In this document: in pieces, positions 1-11,900 of the stretch
Position numbering within the stretch: the first letter of the stretch is position 1
Layout: the number at the start of each line of letters is the position of its first letter
Assembly (NCBI RefSeq): GCF_001194135.2
Contig: NC_068985.1
Coordinates: forward strand, 42,149,000 to 42,212,999
From: Octopus bimaculoides
Lineage: Eukaryota
Length of the DNA stretch: 64,000 nucleotides
Direction of reading: 5' to 3'
The notes under the pieces: model-generated
The model's database searches: none
Seen by the model: only the letters and a program-made list of their open reading frames with translations
Told to the model about the DNA's origin: nothing
Program-made: the position numbers and the translations under genes

Positions 1-69
1 CATGATAGCACCTCCAATCAGTTAAGATAAGAAGCCATGGGAACCACTGTCTGGTACTGCATCAGGGCA

Positions 70-105
<36 letters not shown>

Positions 106-119
106 TTTTTTTTTTTACT

Positions 120-362
120 TTAGTTCAGGTTCGGTCTTATTCCACAAGTTTTCAACAGGCTTTCGAGTGCTTAGTACCCTCCCGATAATCCTTGCTGTCC
201 CTAAAAGTCAAACTTTCTGTAGGAGCTTTACCGGGCATTCTGTTTCAATCTACTTCAGCCATTTGTCTATATTTGGCTTACTGTTCCCAACTCACCAATC
301 ATTACGGGCACGACCTTTACTGTTCGCATGCTCCAAATTCTTCTTATTTCAAACTTCAAGGG
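120..362 (-). mobile_element. R4/Dong-like non-LTR retrotransposon 3' fragment (RLE C-terminus), decayed
   Basis: Minus strand reads LKFEIRRIWSMRTVKVVPVMIGELGTV...PVKLLQKV*LLGTARIIGRVL. Flanked on both sides by (ATT)n. Confidence 0.75.
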
Positions 363-363
363 A

Positions 364-394
<31 letters not shown>

Positions 395-399
395 GTATT

Positions 400-429
<30 letters not shown>

Positions 430-430
<1 letters not shown>

Positions 431-600
431 GCACGCCGAACGAAATGCTTAGCCGTATTTCGTCTACCGCTACGTTCTGAGTTCAAATTTCATTCTTTCG
501 GGGTCGATTAAATAAGTACCAGTTACGCACTGGGTTCGATGTAATCGACTTAATCCCCACGCCCAAGCTGCTCGTGTAGCAAAAATTTGAAATCATTACA

Positions 601-689
<89 letters not shown>

Positions 690-1680
690 GAGTAGTAGTA
701 TTTTAAACTTGGGTTTTGTCGGAAACTCCTGGAGTTTTGCATGCATAGCGGACTTGCTACCTGCAGCCTATGGTACCATGGTATTAGCTCTTTTCAACTA
801 ATACTTTTCTGATTATTCTAGCCATACCAAAGAGGCAAACCTTTTGTAACAGTTCTACTGGGCATGCTATTCCGATTTCCTTTATATTCCTCTTGATGCC
901 TTCTAATACCAAGGACCCAACAATAATTGGCGCTATCTTCACCTTCTTCATTTCCTGTAGTCGTGGTATTTCGTACTTAAGGGGATTGTATATGTCTATT
1001 TTTTCTCCTTTTTTCTTGGGGAGGCGGCGAGCTGGCAGAATCATCAGCACGCCGGGTAAAATGCTTAACGGCATTTCACCCGTCTTCATGTTCTGAGTTC
1101 AAATTCTGCCGAGGTCGACTTTACCTTCCATCCTTTCGGGGTCGATAAATTAAGTACTAGTGGGATTTCTATAATCGACTAGTCCGCCCCCACCAAATTT
1201 CAGGCCTTGTACCTATTGTAGAAAGGATTATTATCATTAAAACGGTGAGCTGGCAGAATCGTTAGTGCACTGGACGAAATGCTTAGCGGTGTTTCGCCCG
1301 TCGCTGCGTTCTGAGTTCGAATTCTGCCGAGGTCGACTTTACCTTTCATATTTACGGGGTTGATAAAATAAGTACTAGTTGAACACTGGGGTTGATGTAA
1401 TCGACTCATCCCTTTCCCCAAAATTGCTGCCCTTGTGGCAAAATTTGAAACAATTATTACTAAAATGGCGGGCTGGCAGAGTCGTTACCATACAGGGCAA
1501 AATGCTTAGTGGCATTTCGCCCGTCTTTACGTTCTGAGTTCAAATTTCACCGAGGTCGACTTTGCCTTTTATCATTTCGGGGTCGATAAAATAAGTACCA
1601 GTTGAGCACTGGGGTCGATGTAATTAACTTCCTACTTCCTTCAAAATTTCTGGCCTTGTGCCAAAAAATTAGAAAGCTAT
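430..1680 (+). mobile_element. Cluster of four copies of an abundant tRNA-derived SINE (about 430-600, 1025-1235, 1243-1460, 1465-1680)
   Basis: Repeated gagctggcagaatcgttagc...gaaatgcttagc...gttctgagttcaaat..gccgaggtcgactttgcctttcatcctttcggggtcgataaa.taagtacc. Further copies at about 3655-3790, 3830-4020, 7840-8050, 29000-29180 (-), 34075-34280 (-) and 58605-58815. Confidence 0.85.
700..1015 (-). mobile_element. R4/Dong-like non-LTR retrotransposon 3' fragment
   Basis: ORF 784-1089: KIDIYNPLKYEIPRL...VKIAPIIVGSL...LLQKVCLFGMARIIRKVL. Its 3' end runs into (TAC)n(TAA)n. Confidence 0.75.
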
Positions 1681-2519
1681 AATGAAGCCGTCTATTTCTG
1701 ATTTAAGTCCAGATGCAGCCAACCATTAATGGGTCATGTTTGTATCAACATCAGGATCACTGGCCCTTGCAGGGTATTTTTATGTAATGCTTTACTTTTC
1801 CATCTATTTCTCAGCTCTAAGATTCCGTTTGATTTAGGCAGTATTTTTATCCGTTTTGCTATTACAGTGGGTTCTGTTCAATCTAGTTGGGCCTGTCTCA
1901 GTGTCTCAGTGATTTTTAATTCCTTTACATAGTTATCTGCTTTTGATATTTAGCACAGTTTCTTGTTACCTTCTCACTTGCAGACAAGCTTAAGTATCCA
2001 GTCATTGGTTTTAAATAGGTGTCCAGCCCTATGGTTGCTGTCTTTAGGGGCAGTTGCAGCTGCATCAATCCACATTCTCCAGTCTGTCTACGTCTGCTTT
2101 TACGTAATGCAAGTGACGCATTGTAAGAAAGTTGCGTACTTTTGTGTCAGATTTACTGTTCTCATTGATTGACCATTATTTTATATTAAATCTGTAGGTC
2201 ACAACTAGCATAGTTAAGGTGTTGGTTGCATCAATCCTGTTTCTCAAATTTATTTCGTTCTTTAGGATAGCTCTAATTCTACGATAACATTCTCTACGTA
2301 ATTTTTTTATGCATTTGTGAGTGCTAGATGTCACCCCACCCCTTTACACACACTTAAATATTTGCAATTTTTATTCAAGATCCATGATAGACTTGTCTAT
2401 CCGTAAGTTTTCTGTTTTCAAGAGTTTTCTCTTAAATAATGAGGCTTTAGCACAGTTATTTAAGCCGACTCCATTCCAGTATCGTCACGGAACTGTTTTG
2501 CTATAGTTAAAAGCCTTTC

Positions 2520-3005
2520 CACTTGTTAATCATTATGGGCCATCATGACTGACCGTACGCCAGGTACATGCATCAATCACAACGATATATGCGCGACATG
2601 GTAATCTCATATCAAGATAAAACAGCGCATGACCTTGCAGGTGGGGCCCAGTTAGTATTTTCTTCTGGCCGAGTAGCTCACCCCGCTCAAAAAGTCCCCG
2701 AATAAGGGTTGTTTAAGGACGTTGAACAGAATACCCATGCTTCCAGAGATGAATTATTCAAACCCCAAAGAATTCCTCTCAACACATTACTGTGATGCGC
2801 CCCCACTACTTCTGCTCGTGATCAGAGATGTATATATCAGCAGCCACCAAGGGACATGCTCAACTGGTTAAGGTCAAACAACAGACAGGCAAATATGTGG
2901 TATTGAGCAGAATATTTGCTGTATACCAAGACAAAATATGTACATGATGACACTTCCAATCAGTTAAGATCAGAAGCCTTGAGAGCCAGTGCCTGATATT
3001 GCATG
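2520..3005 (+). mobile_element. Interspersed repeat (SINE/LINE-tail-like family) ending in (ATT)n
   Basis: The same 3' end (ccaatcagttaagat.agaagcc.tg...actg.ctg.ta.tgc) occurs at 1-70. A reverse-complement piece lies at about 55695-55860. Confidence 0.7.
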
Positions 3006-3073
3006 AGAGTATTTATTATTATTATTATTATTATAATTATTATTATTATTATTATTATTNNNNNNNNNNNNNN

Positions 3074-3610
3074 CTGGTGTTTTTGTTATATATTTGTCTG
3101 AATATTTTTTTATTATACCTAAGGCACCTACTATGATAGGAATTGTTTCTGTTTTTAGATTCCACATTCGAGTTACCTCTATTTCCAGGTCTTTGTATTT
3201 TGAAAGTTTTTCCATTTCTTTTAGGGAAACCTTGTCATCTGCTGGTATTGATACATCAATTAGAAAGCATTTTTTGTTCTTCATGATCTTTGACAACTAT
3301 ATCTGGTCTATTTGCCTTAATTATTATGGATGTGAAGATCTTATAAGTGGTGTTGATACATGCTATTGGTCAGTAATTCTTCGGGCGTTTTGTATCATCA
3401 GCTTTTAGTAGTAGGTGGGTAGTTCCTTCAGTCAACCAGGCAAGTATTTACTTTGGTTTCTAAACGACATCAGTTAGAGTTACAGCGAGATTTTCGTGTA
3501 CTTCTGTCAAAAAATTCAGCCAAAAGTTAGGGATCCGGTCAAGTCCTGGAGTTTTCCACTTTGAGACTTTCTAAAAACACACCTTAGTTCTTCTATTCCT
3601 GTTGCTTCCA
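3074..3610 (-). mobile_element. R4/Dong-like LINE relic: RT N-terminal part joined to RLE (internal deletion)
   Basis: Minus strand KWKTPGLDRIPNFWL...WLTEGTTHLLLK...PKNY*PIACINTTYKIFTSII, followed by ANRPDIVVKD and (frameshift) CFLIDVSIP...LSKYKDLEIEVTRMW. Confidence 0.8.
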
Positions 3611-5864
3611 CTTCTGTTCAATTTCATTCAGTCTCTCTTTCTCACGTTCTGTCCAGTCAAATTCCAACGAGGTCGACTTTGTCTTTCATCCTTTCGAAGT
3701 CGATAAAATAAGTACCAGTTGAATACTGAGATCGATATAATCGACTAGTCTCCGTTTCCAAATTTCAGGCCTTGTGCCTATAGCAGAAAGGATTATTATT
3801 ATTATTATTTATTCTTGAACCTGCGACCTGGAAGGAACGTTAGCGCATCGGTCAAAATGTTTGGCGGCACTTCTGGCTCTTTACGTTATAAGCTCAAATT
3901 CCGCCGAGGTCGACTTTGCCTCTCATTCTTTGGGACCGATAAAATAATGTACCAGTCAAGTACTGGGGAATTATACCCTCCACTCAAAATTACAGTTTTT
4001 GTGCCAAAATTAGGTAGAATTATTTATTTTAAGATAAATATTAAGGAATATATTTAAAAATAAAAATTAAATATCTTCACTCGTCATCACTCAGAGAAAG
4101 CAAAGTAGCATTTACAACCGCTTATGACATTACAAGAATCCATAAAGCAACCTGGTGTAGTGACACATGGATATTCTTCAGTATTTACTTTATCATCCAC
4201 AAGTCTTCAGCGTCAACAAAAAACTTGTCATGTCACCGAAATATTTTGTTGTTTTTTTTTTCATTGAAATAGGTTTTGTTCTATATTTTAACACTTTTTA
4301 TTTTTTGTTTCAACACTCTTTCTATCCCGCCATTTCAACTTCTCCCATGACACATGCATATGCACAACTAATAAAACGAAAGCAAGTTCTGAAATCGCCA
4401 ATTTAAAGCCTCGTATGTTGTGATAGATAATAGAACTTATCAGTGCAAACCAGCTGTTCAAAGCTGTTCATACCACTTCAGTATGAGAGCACAGTTTTCG
4501 TTCATTTTCTTAAAAGACATCTTGTTAGCTGTCAGCTCAGAACATAAGAGGACCGCAGAATGAATTGCAGGGAATGACATTTTGAGCAAAAACCAAGTCT
4601 CGAGTGACAGAGACAACGTTAAAGAAGAGAGGTACTGCTAAACCGGCTTGCTAACTCTTGCATTTAATTATGTCGCAAAAGCGATTTACGCTTAAAAATA
4701 ATTTCCAATGTTTGAGATAATTCATTTAGTTGATACATGTATAAATATTTTGAAAGCAAGTGGAATAACTTGTTTTGTTGCCACATTTGCCTGGAAGTAC
4801 GTTTTAAAAGAAGTCATTCTTGTTTAGTTGAAAAGTTTGGAGGGAAAAACGTAATTAAATGAATTTAAGAAAACTGAACGAAACATGTGACAACAGGGTT
4901 AGCGTGGGGAACAATTAGTTAAGTTCGAGCGAGACAAAGGAATCGAAAATTCTATAACAAGAGATTTGAGTTCAGCTTGTACCAGCACTATGTTGGCAAT
5001 TTATTTATCGCTCCACCCCCGCCTCCCGAAAGGAAAAAGGCAATACAGTGAACGGGAATAAATATGGCACGCGCGCACACACTCACACACACATATACAC
5101 ACACATCTGTATACATACACACATACACATGCATATATACATACATGTATATATATATATATNNNNNNNNNNNNNNNNNNNNNNNNNNNNNNNNNNNNNN
5201 NNNNNNNNNNNNNNNNNNNNNNNNNNNNNNNNNNNNNNNNNNNNNNNNNNNNNNNNNNNNNNNNNNNNNNNNNNNNNNNNNNNNNNNNNNNNNNNNNNNN
5301 NNNNNNNNNNNNNNNNNNNNNNNNNNNNNNNNNNNNNNNNNNNNNNNNNNNNNNNNNATATATATATATATATATATATAATCAGTATGTGATTTAACTT
5401 ATTAAACACAGTTCAGCAAATTCATTCATATTTATGTAATAGAGGAGATTAGATGTGAAAATGGATTATAGTTTTTATTTTTCATGTTGCTATACAATTT
5501 GTTTCATACAAAAGGACTCAGATATTCATAAATAGAATATCGTAACAGTAGCATTTGTACTCGTCAGTAGCTGATATAAAAACTAAAAAGGACATTAGAA
5601 ATACATAGATTTTCTCTTAGTTATCATTGTAGAATTATTGTATTCGTCTTTGCAGTCATGTCTATTTCAATCAAGTCTTGATTCAAATGATTATTCACAT
5701 CATCAGTGAGTTAAATTGGGATTGCCGAACGACAATGTAACCTTCATATAATTAAGATATCTTTGGCCAGACGAGTAGTTATCTGAGTAATCATTACATG
5801 GGTGAATTTACCAGGTAGGAAACGTACATAGGCTGGATATTACCTGCTCCAGTCCCTCAATTTG

Positions 5865-6012
5865 GATATATTTCAGTTTCTGTGTACCAAATCCACTTAG
5901 AAGGCTTTGGTCGGCTCGATGCTATGGTAGAAGAGGTGCCACGCAGTGAGACTGAACCCGGAACCATGTGGTTAGGTATCAAGCTTCTTACCACACAGCC
6001 ACTCCTGCGCCA
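5865..6012 (-). mobile_element. Second tRNA-derived SINE family (gtgtggtaagaagcttg...ggttccgggttcagtc.cactgcg.ggcacc)
   Basis: Related copies at about 26520-26790 (+), 44585-44740 (+), 48325-48570 (-) and 56350-56620 (-). Confidence 0.75.
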
Positions 6013-6564
6013 ATGTATATAATAAGATATCATTAACCAATATGCAATTGTTTATAGTGCGAAATATGAGGCTTTGGAGAGTTGACTCTTCTTTCTGGCA
6101 TAGATGATGTATATTCTTTACACCCTAAATTTTCATGTATATTAACCTATATTGGTTAAGCTTGCAGGCCACTTTATTGTTATTATTTATAATAATAATG
6201 ATATCTTAGTTTCTAAATTTTACTTACTCACTATTGTTCGTTTTTGAATGTAGCGGGGTCATCCAAACGAACAGACGCGCGTGTAGTGTATATATTTTGA
6301 AAAAATAGTTATATGCAGTAAGCTCGGATGATAATCCTAAGTGCTTGGCACTAAAGGTGAAACCAATTTGATACTGAGACGACTGTACTTTTCTTTGTGT
6401 TTTTGCAAAGGTAAGGGTTATTTTTTTCTTATATTCACTACATTAACTGTGCGTGTTTTGTTTATAGTGAGAAATATGAGGCTTTGGAGAGTTGATTCTT
6501 CTTTCTAGCGTAGCTGGTATATATTTTTATAGCCTAAATTTACACACACACACACACACACACG

Positions 6565-6607
<43 letters not shown>

Positions 6608-7088
6608 NNNNNNNNNNNNNNNNNNNNNNNNNNNNNNNNNNNNNNNNNNNNNNNNNNNNNNNNNNNNNNNNNNNNNNNNNNNNNNNNNNNNNNNNNNNNN
6701 NNNNNNNNNNNNNNNNNNNNNNNNNNNNNNNNNNNNNNNNNNNNNNNNNNNNNNNNNNNNNNNNNNNNNNNNNNNNNNNNNNNNNNNNNNNNNNNNNNNN
6801 NNNNNNNNNNNNNNNNNNNNNNNNNNNNNNNNNNNNNNNNNNNNNNNNNNNNNNNNNNNNNNNNNNNNNNNNNNNNNNNNNNNNNNNNNNNNNNNNNNNN
6901 NNNNNNNNNNNNNNNNNNNNNNNNNNNNNNNNNNNNNNNNNNNNNNNNNNNNNNNNNNNNNNNNNNNNNNNNNNNNNNNNNNNNNNNNNNNNNNNNNNNN
7001 NNNNNNNNNNNNNNNNNNNNNNNNNNNNNNNNNNNNNNNACGCTGTGCGTATCTATGTGTGTAACAATTTTAGAGTTCGGATTCTAGA

Positions 7089-7173
7089 GTTAGGGTTAGT
7101 TTTAGGGTTAGGGTTAGGGTTACGGTTACGGTTAACAGTCTAGTTGGGGTTAGGGTTAGGGTTAGGGTTAGGG
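7089..7173 (+). repeat. Interstitial (TTAGGG)n tract, partly degenerate
   Basis: Two runs of ttagggttagggttaggg with ttacgg variants. Confidence 0.85.
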
Positions 7174-7683
7174 GATTAATACGATATACACCGTTACAGC
7201 GCTAACTGTTTTCAACTGAATAGACGTCAGTGATTAGTAGAAATTATCGAAATAAGACAATTTTTTACATGAAATAAATTCGAATACAAAAATATTTTTC
7301 TGTTCTATAACACAAAATAGATAAGTATACGAAGTTTGAAAGTCTTTCCGTACCAAAAACACTACATAAAACATAAATGAAAACTGGCGCCCCCGTTTTA
7401 AAATAGATCCGAATATCGTAATGGTCAAATTTGTATTCTTCAGTTGGTAACATTTTAAGGAAAATAAAAAGACGTTTAAAATATACATAGATTTTTATCT
7501 TAGTTATTATATTAGGGACTTTATATATTTATTATTCCAGTCACGCTTATTTGTAAAGTATGAAGGAAAGACATTAGAAATCTAAGGAAAAAATTCCAAT
7601 TAAAGGACGAACATACATTCATCCGATAAAATATATATAATATATAAATGTATATATATATATATATCTATATACAAACACAT

Positions 7684-7744
<61 letters not shown>

Positions 7745-8114
7745 AAAAATGAGAACCAGTATAATCGCTGGATCTTCTATAACTGTAAAACACACACGAC
7801 GCATATGTGGCAACATTATTGAAATAATGGAGGAAGTTGGCGAGCCGACAGAATCGTTGACACGTCGAACAAAATGTTTCGATGCATTTATTCCGGCTTC
7901 ACGGTCTGAGTTCGAATTCCGCTGAATTCGATTTTGCCTTCATCGTTTCGAGGTCGATAAATAAATACCAGTTGAGCATTGGGGTCGCCATAATCGAATA
8001 GCCTCATTCCCCAAATTTCAGGCCTTTTGTCTATCTTATCAAGAATTATTTTGAATAGAAAATAGCACCCAATATTACGACAGTACCCGTAACATGTATG
8101 CTTGTATGTAGATA

Positions 8115-8640
8115 CAGGGTGTCCCAAAAGCCACTGATGGGTTTTAATTTTTAATAACTTCTTTAACTTTACAAATAAATGCAGAAAAATTTAATACAAT
8201 ATAAAGGACATAATGAAAATTAATATGCACAAGTCAAATTTTGTAACACCGCTACATCACATATGAAAAATGACATCGCTTAAATGGCAGCCATTTTCGG
8301 CTTCGCTCGCCCGTGCTCTTTCCAAAACTTGCACCATAACACTCTCAAGAGTTTCAGACTCCGCTTTTCTGATTTCTCTATTGATGTTTTTCTTCAGTTG
8401 CACCAGGGTCTCCGGTTTGTTGACGTAAACCCTCTCTTTCAAATATCACCACAAGAAAAATCCGGGCTAGTCAGGTCTGGGAAACGTGAAGGCCAGTTGA
8501 TATTGCCGTAGCGGGAGATTGTTCTCTCTCCAAAGCACTGCCGTAGCAACTGCATTGTTTCTTTTGCAGTATGAGCAGTTGCCCCATCTTGCTGGAATCA
8601 TGTGCGAGGTCTATTTTGAATGGCCTTCGCATTCCCCAGT
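8115..8640 (-). mobile_element. Truncated DD41D (rosa/Visitor-type) Tc1/mariner element
   Basis: TA + CAGGGTGTCCCAAAA terminus at 8113-8129. Minus strand FQQDGATAHT...WPSRSPDLTSPDFF has 41 residues between the 2nd and 3rd Asp, then KERVYVNKPETL...GCHLSDVIFH. Confidence 0.8.
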
Positions 8641-8935
8641 CAGTTGTGTCAATCTTGCATTCAGTCAGAATCTTTCACACAATCCTTAAAATGTAATTTT
8701 GGCTTATCCCATACAAATACCAGTTCGCCATAAAGGATTCGTTTTGGAATTCTACTGTCATCTAGTCGCATGCCAAGGCCTATCTAACGAGTCTGTGTTT
8801 ACGGATGTGAACTTCAATGCTCAGTACTTCAGAATCAGGCATATGAGTATTACATACATACATACATACATACAAGATCGTAATATAAACCTTCGTATTT
8901 TTTATGACTAAAATCTTGCTTCGATTAATTTACAG

Positions 8936-11900
8936 GCGGAGATGGAAAAAACTGGAATAAGTCTGCATTTAACAAGGATTCAAAAGACTTCAATATTGCC
9001 ACACAAGATTATATCCCGCATGATCTAAATTATCGGACAAAAATATTCCAAGGGTCTCAGAGCAAGAAAGACAGCTATAAATCAACGAAGAGAACGTTCT
9101 TCGAAAATCCAGCCTCAACTCATGCAGAAAGCGCTGATAGTTCACAAGAATTTAACATGAGACGTTATTATAATACAATGAGTTCTTTGCGAAATACTAG
9201 GAGGAATAGTAGAGATAAACAAACGGTGAATGGGAAAAATTCGACAGAGAAAAACGTTGGTCGGCAAGAGCCAAATGCAAAGAACTATAAAAGACCAATG
9301 AAAATTATGACCTTAAACAAAAACGGTCGGTTGAATATGCGCAATAAGAAGACTGACATCCTGCAAATGTACAGGCAACTACTTTTAAAAACTGGACAAA
9401 TGGAAAAATTTAGAAAGTTAGGAAAAGTTAAGCAACGTCAGTTTATTCGACGTTTAATGCTTAAAAACCGCAAGATAGCTAAATTAAAAACTCAAAATGA
9501 AATGAACCATATTCATCAGATAAGTCGAGTACCGGAGCTAAATCAAGATACTGAGACAAGTCATGTGACTGGGCTGAGTCATGTATCTGAAAAAGCAACA
9601 ACTGAAAGTTCAAACAGATTCTCAAATACTCCAACTTCTAGAAATACCACGTTGTTGAATGTTTGGACAGATGGGATGCACAATGACAAACACGTTTCTT
9701 TAAAGAATGAACCCAGTTATCGAAGCACATCTCATCCTCTAAAATCTTACAAAAAAGATTATAGATATTCGCCGGAAGAAAATCAAAGATCACAGAAACA
9801 TAAAAAGGAACAAGTTATGCAGCAAAAGTTCGATAGTTTCCAACGTGAGAAAGGAAAAAATAGAAAACCATTTCTTGTCATGACTTCTCCAAATATGATA
9901 GATTCCGGAACACATCAACCAAATGCATTTATGTTTAATCAAAATGGCGATGTCGTCCATTACAGAGGCTCTTCTTATCAAACGATTTATCCCGAATTTG
10001 AACAACAAAGATCATTTACCTTCAAAAATAATATGCCATATCTAAGAGATATTCCTAACACATCACAAGCTGATATTAAGACTAAAAAAGAAGAGGAAAA
10101 TTCGTCTGAAAACAAAATAGACGATGAAAATAATGCGAAAAAAAGACAAGATGAAAACGCAGACAACGAAGATGATGTAGATAATGAAATAAAGAAATCA
10201 TCTGCAGAAGATAAAGACAAGTATGATTCTCATCAGCAGACTCAAACCCGACTCCCTGCCACCTTTACAATACGAGCTAAAAATTACAATGATATGAGTC
10301 CAAGCTTTCGGACACCTCGATACGATTTTACTCAACAATTTAATCGGCGCCAAAAGAAAAAACGTTTAATTCAAAGAGGAAAACTTCATTTACCTTCAAA
10401 AAACCTTCCTCTTAAAACTTTTAGAAATAAGTTCAGAGTAAATCGAAGACAAAACCGATATGGCATGCTCAGAGAAACACCACCTTGGTCTAAGTTCCGT
10501 GCAAATATTGGTCAGCCTTCTCAGTTTGTCATGATTTCAAGCGACCGTAGAAAAGATATGCCAATTCCTAGGAAGGAAGATCAAGATTCCTCGGAAGACA
10601 CTTCAGAAAGTGAACAAAGTCAATTTTCCCCTCCTTACTATCACACGTTGTCCCCGGGTCTAAATTCAATGGATATTGCCGGGGGGTTTCAATATAACTA
10701 TCATCCTTATGCTGGTAACGATCAACTAGATCAGCAAAACAAAGTGGATTATTATCAACAATATCCCATTACACATGTTGAGGACAATAACGAAGATAGC
10801 TCTGATGAAAACACTTCTATAGAGCAAGAGCAAGGAGACGAGACAGATTACCAAGAACCACCCTCATATGTAGGCATGCACGGGTCAGATGTTGCTCTTG
10901 ATACAGGTAGAGTAAATGAAGTGAACCATTTTTACGGTGAAAGTACGATTGTACCTTTAGGTCAATTGAAACATGATCAAGATGATGACGACCAGGATGA
11001 CAATATCAACTCCTCAGAGAACGCAGTGGAAGAAACATCGGAAGAGCAAGATAATCAAAAACAAATGCCGGAAAATATCCACAAAAATCGTGATTCACCT
11101 GACACTCTCCTAATCGTACTAGATAATGACTCAAAGACAAAGAAAAATATTGATAATGAAGAACATAATCAATTCAAACAATCCTCTGCCGAAGACTTTA
11201 CTGAAGGTAAAAAAGCTAGTCCAATAATGAAAGCCGATCACTCATTATCAAATGGAATATTAGTTATACTAGATAATGATGGAGAAAAACCAATAAGCAC
11301 AATAAAACCCACTCCAGCAATAGAGAAAAGTAAACACTTTCCTGAAGATAAACCTAAGCAATCTGCAAAGACAATTAAAATAAACGTTAGTAGTAATTCT
11401 AGTTCTCTTGAAATGTCTAACAAATACTCGTATTCATTTTTAAACGAGACCTCAAATAAACATTCATATAAACCTCTGAATATCACAAAAAGCAATGAAT
11501 CATCAAACAACAGCAGTAACAATTTCACCAAAACTATAACCTCTATTAATGATATTTCCTTTAGTTTAAATAGTTCTGATCAGAGTCATCGACCATCTTT
11601 TAGTGTAAACAGTTCTAATCAACTTTACAGAACATCTTTGAAGCCCCTGCGGCCATCAAGTGAAAAGAAAAATTCTTTGAATAATCTTTTGATTGAATTA
11701 GGAACTAAAGATAACATATTCAACATCCGAACGCCCAGTAGAGGAATTAGCCAACGTGCTGGAGATTACCATAAAGGAATATCGGAAAGCAAATCACTAA
11801 GAAAAGATCAACGTTTCCGACTTGTAAACAAATCACGCCCTGTTACAAACCGTTACAAAAGCAATGGGCGTAAAATAAAAAAGAAATTTAGGTACAAAAA

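Noticed and set aside
4571-5705. Possible small upstream exons at 4571-4631 and 5656-5705
   Set aside because: They have AG/GT boundaries only, with weak context or wrong phase, no recognisable domain and no signal peptide.
7089-7173. A real chromosome end or end-to-end fusion site
   Set aside because: Short, degenerate, single orientation and embedded in continuing sequence.
9157-9159. ATG of the 4,663-aa ORF as the true start
   Set aside because: No signal peptide follows. The frame is open 73 codons further upstream to a good acceptor at 8935, so this is an internal Met.
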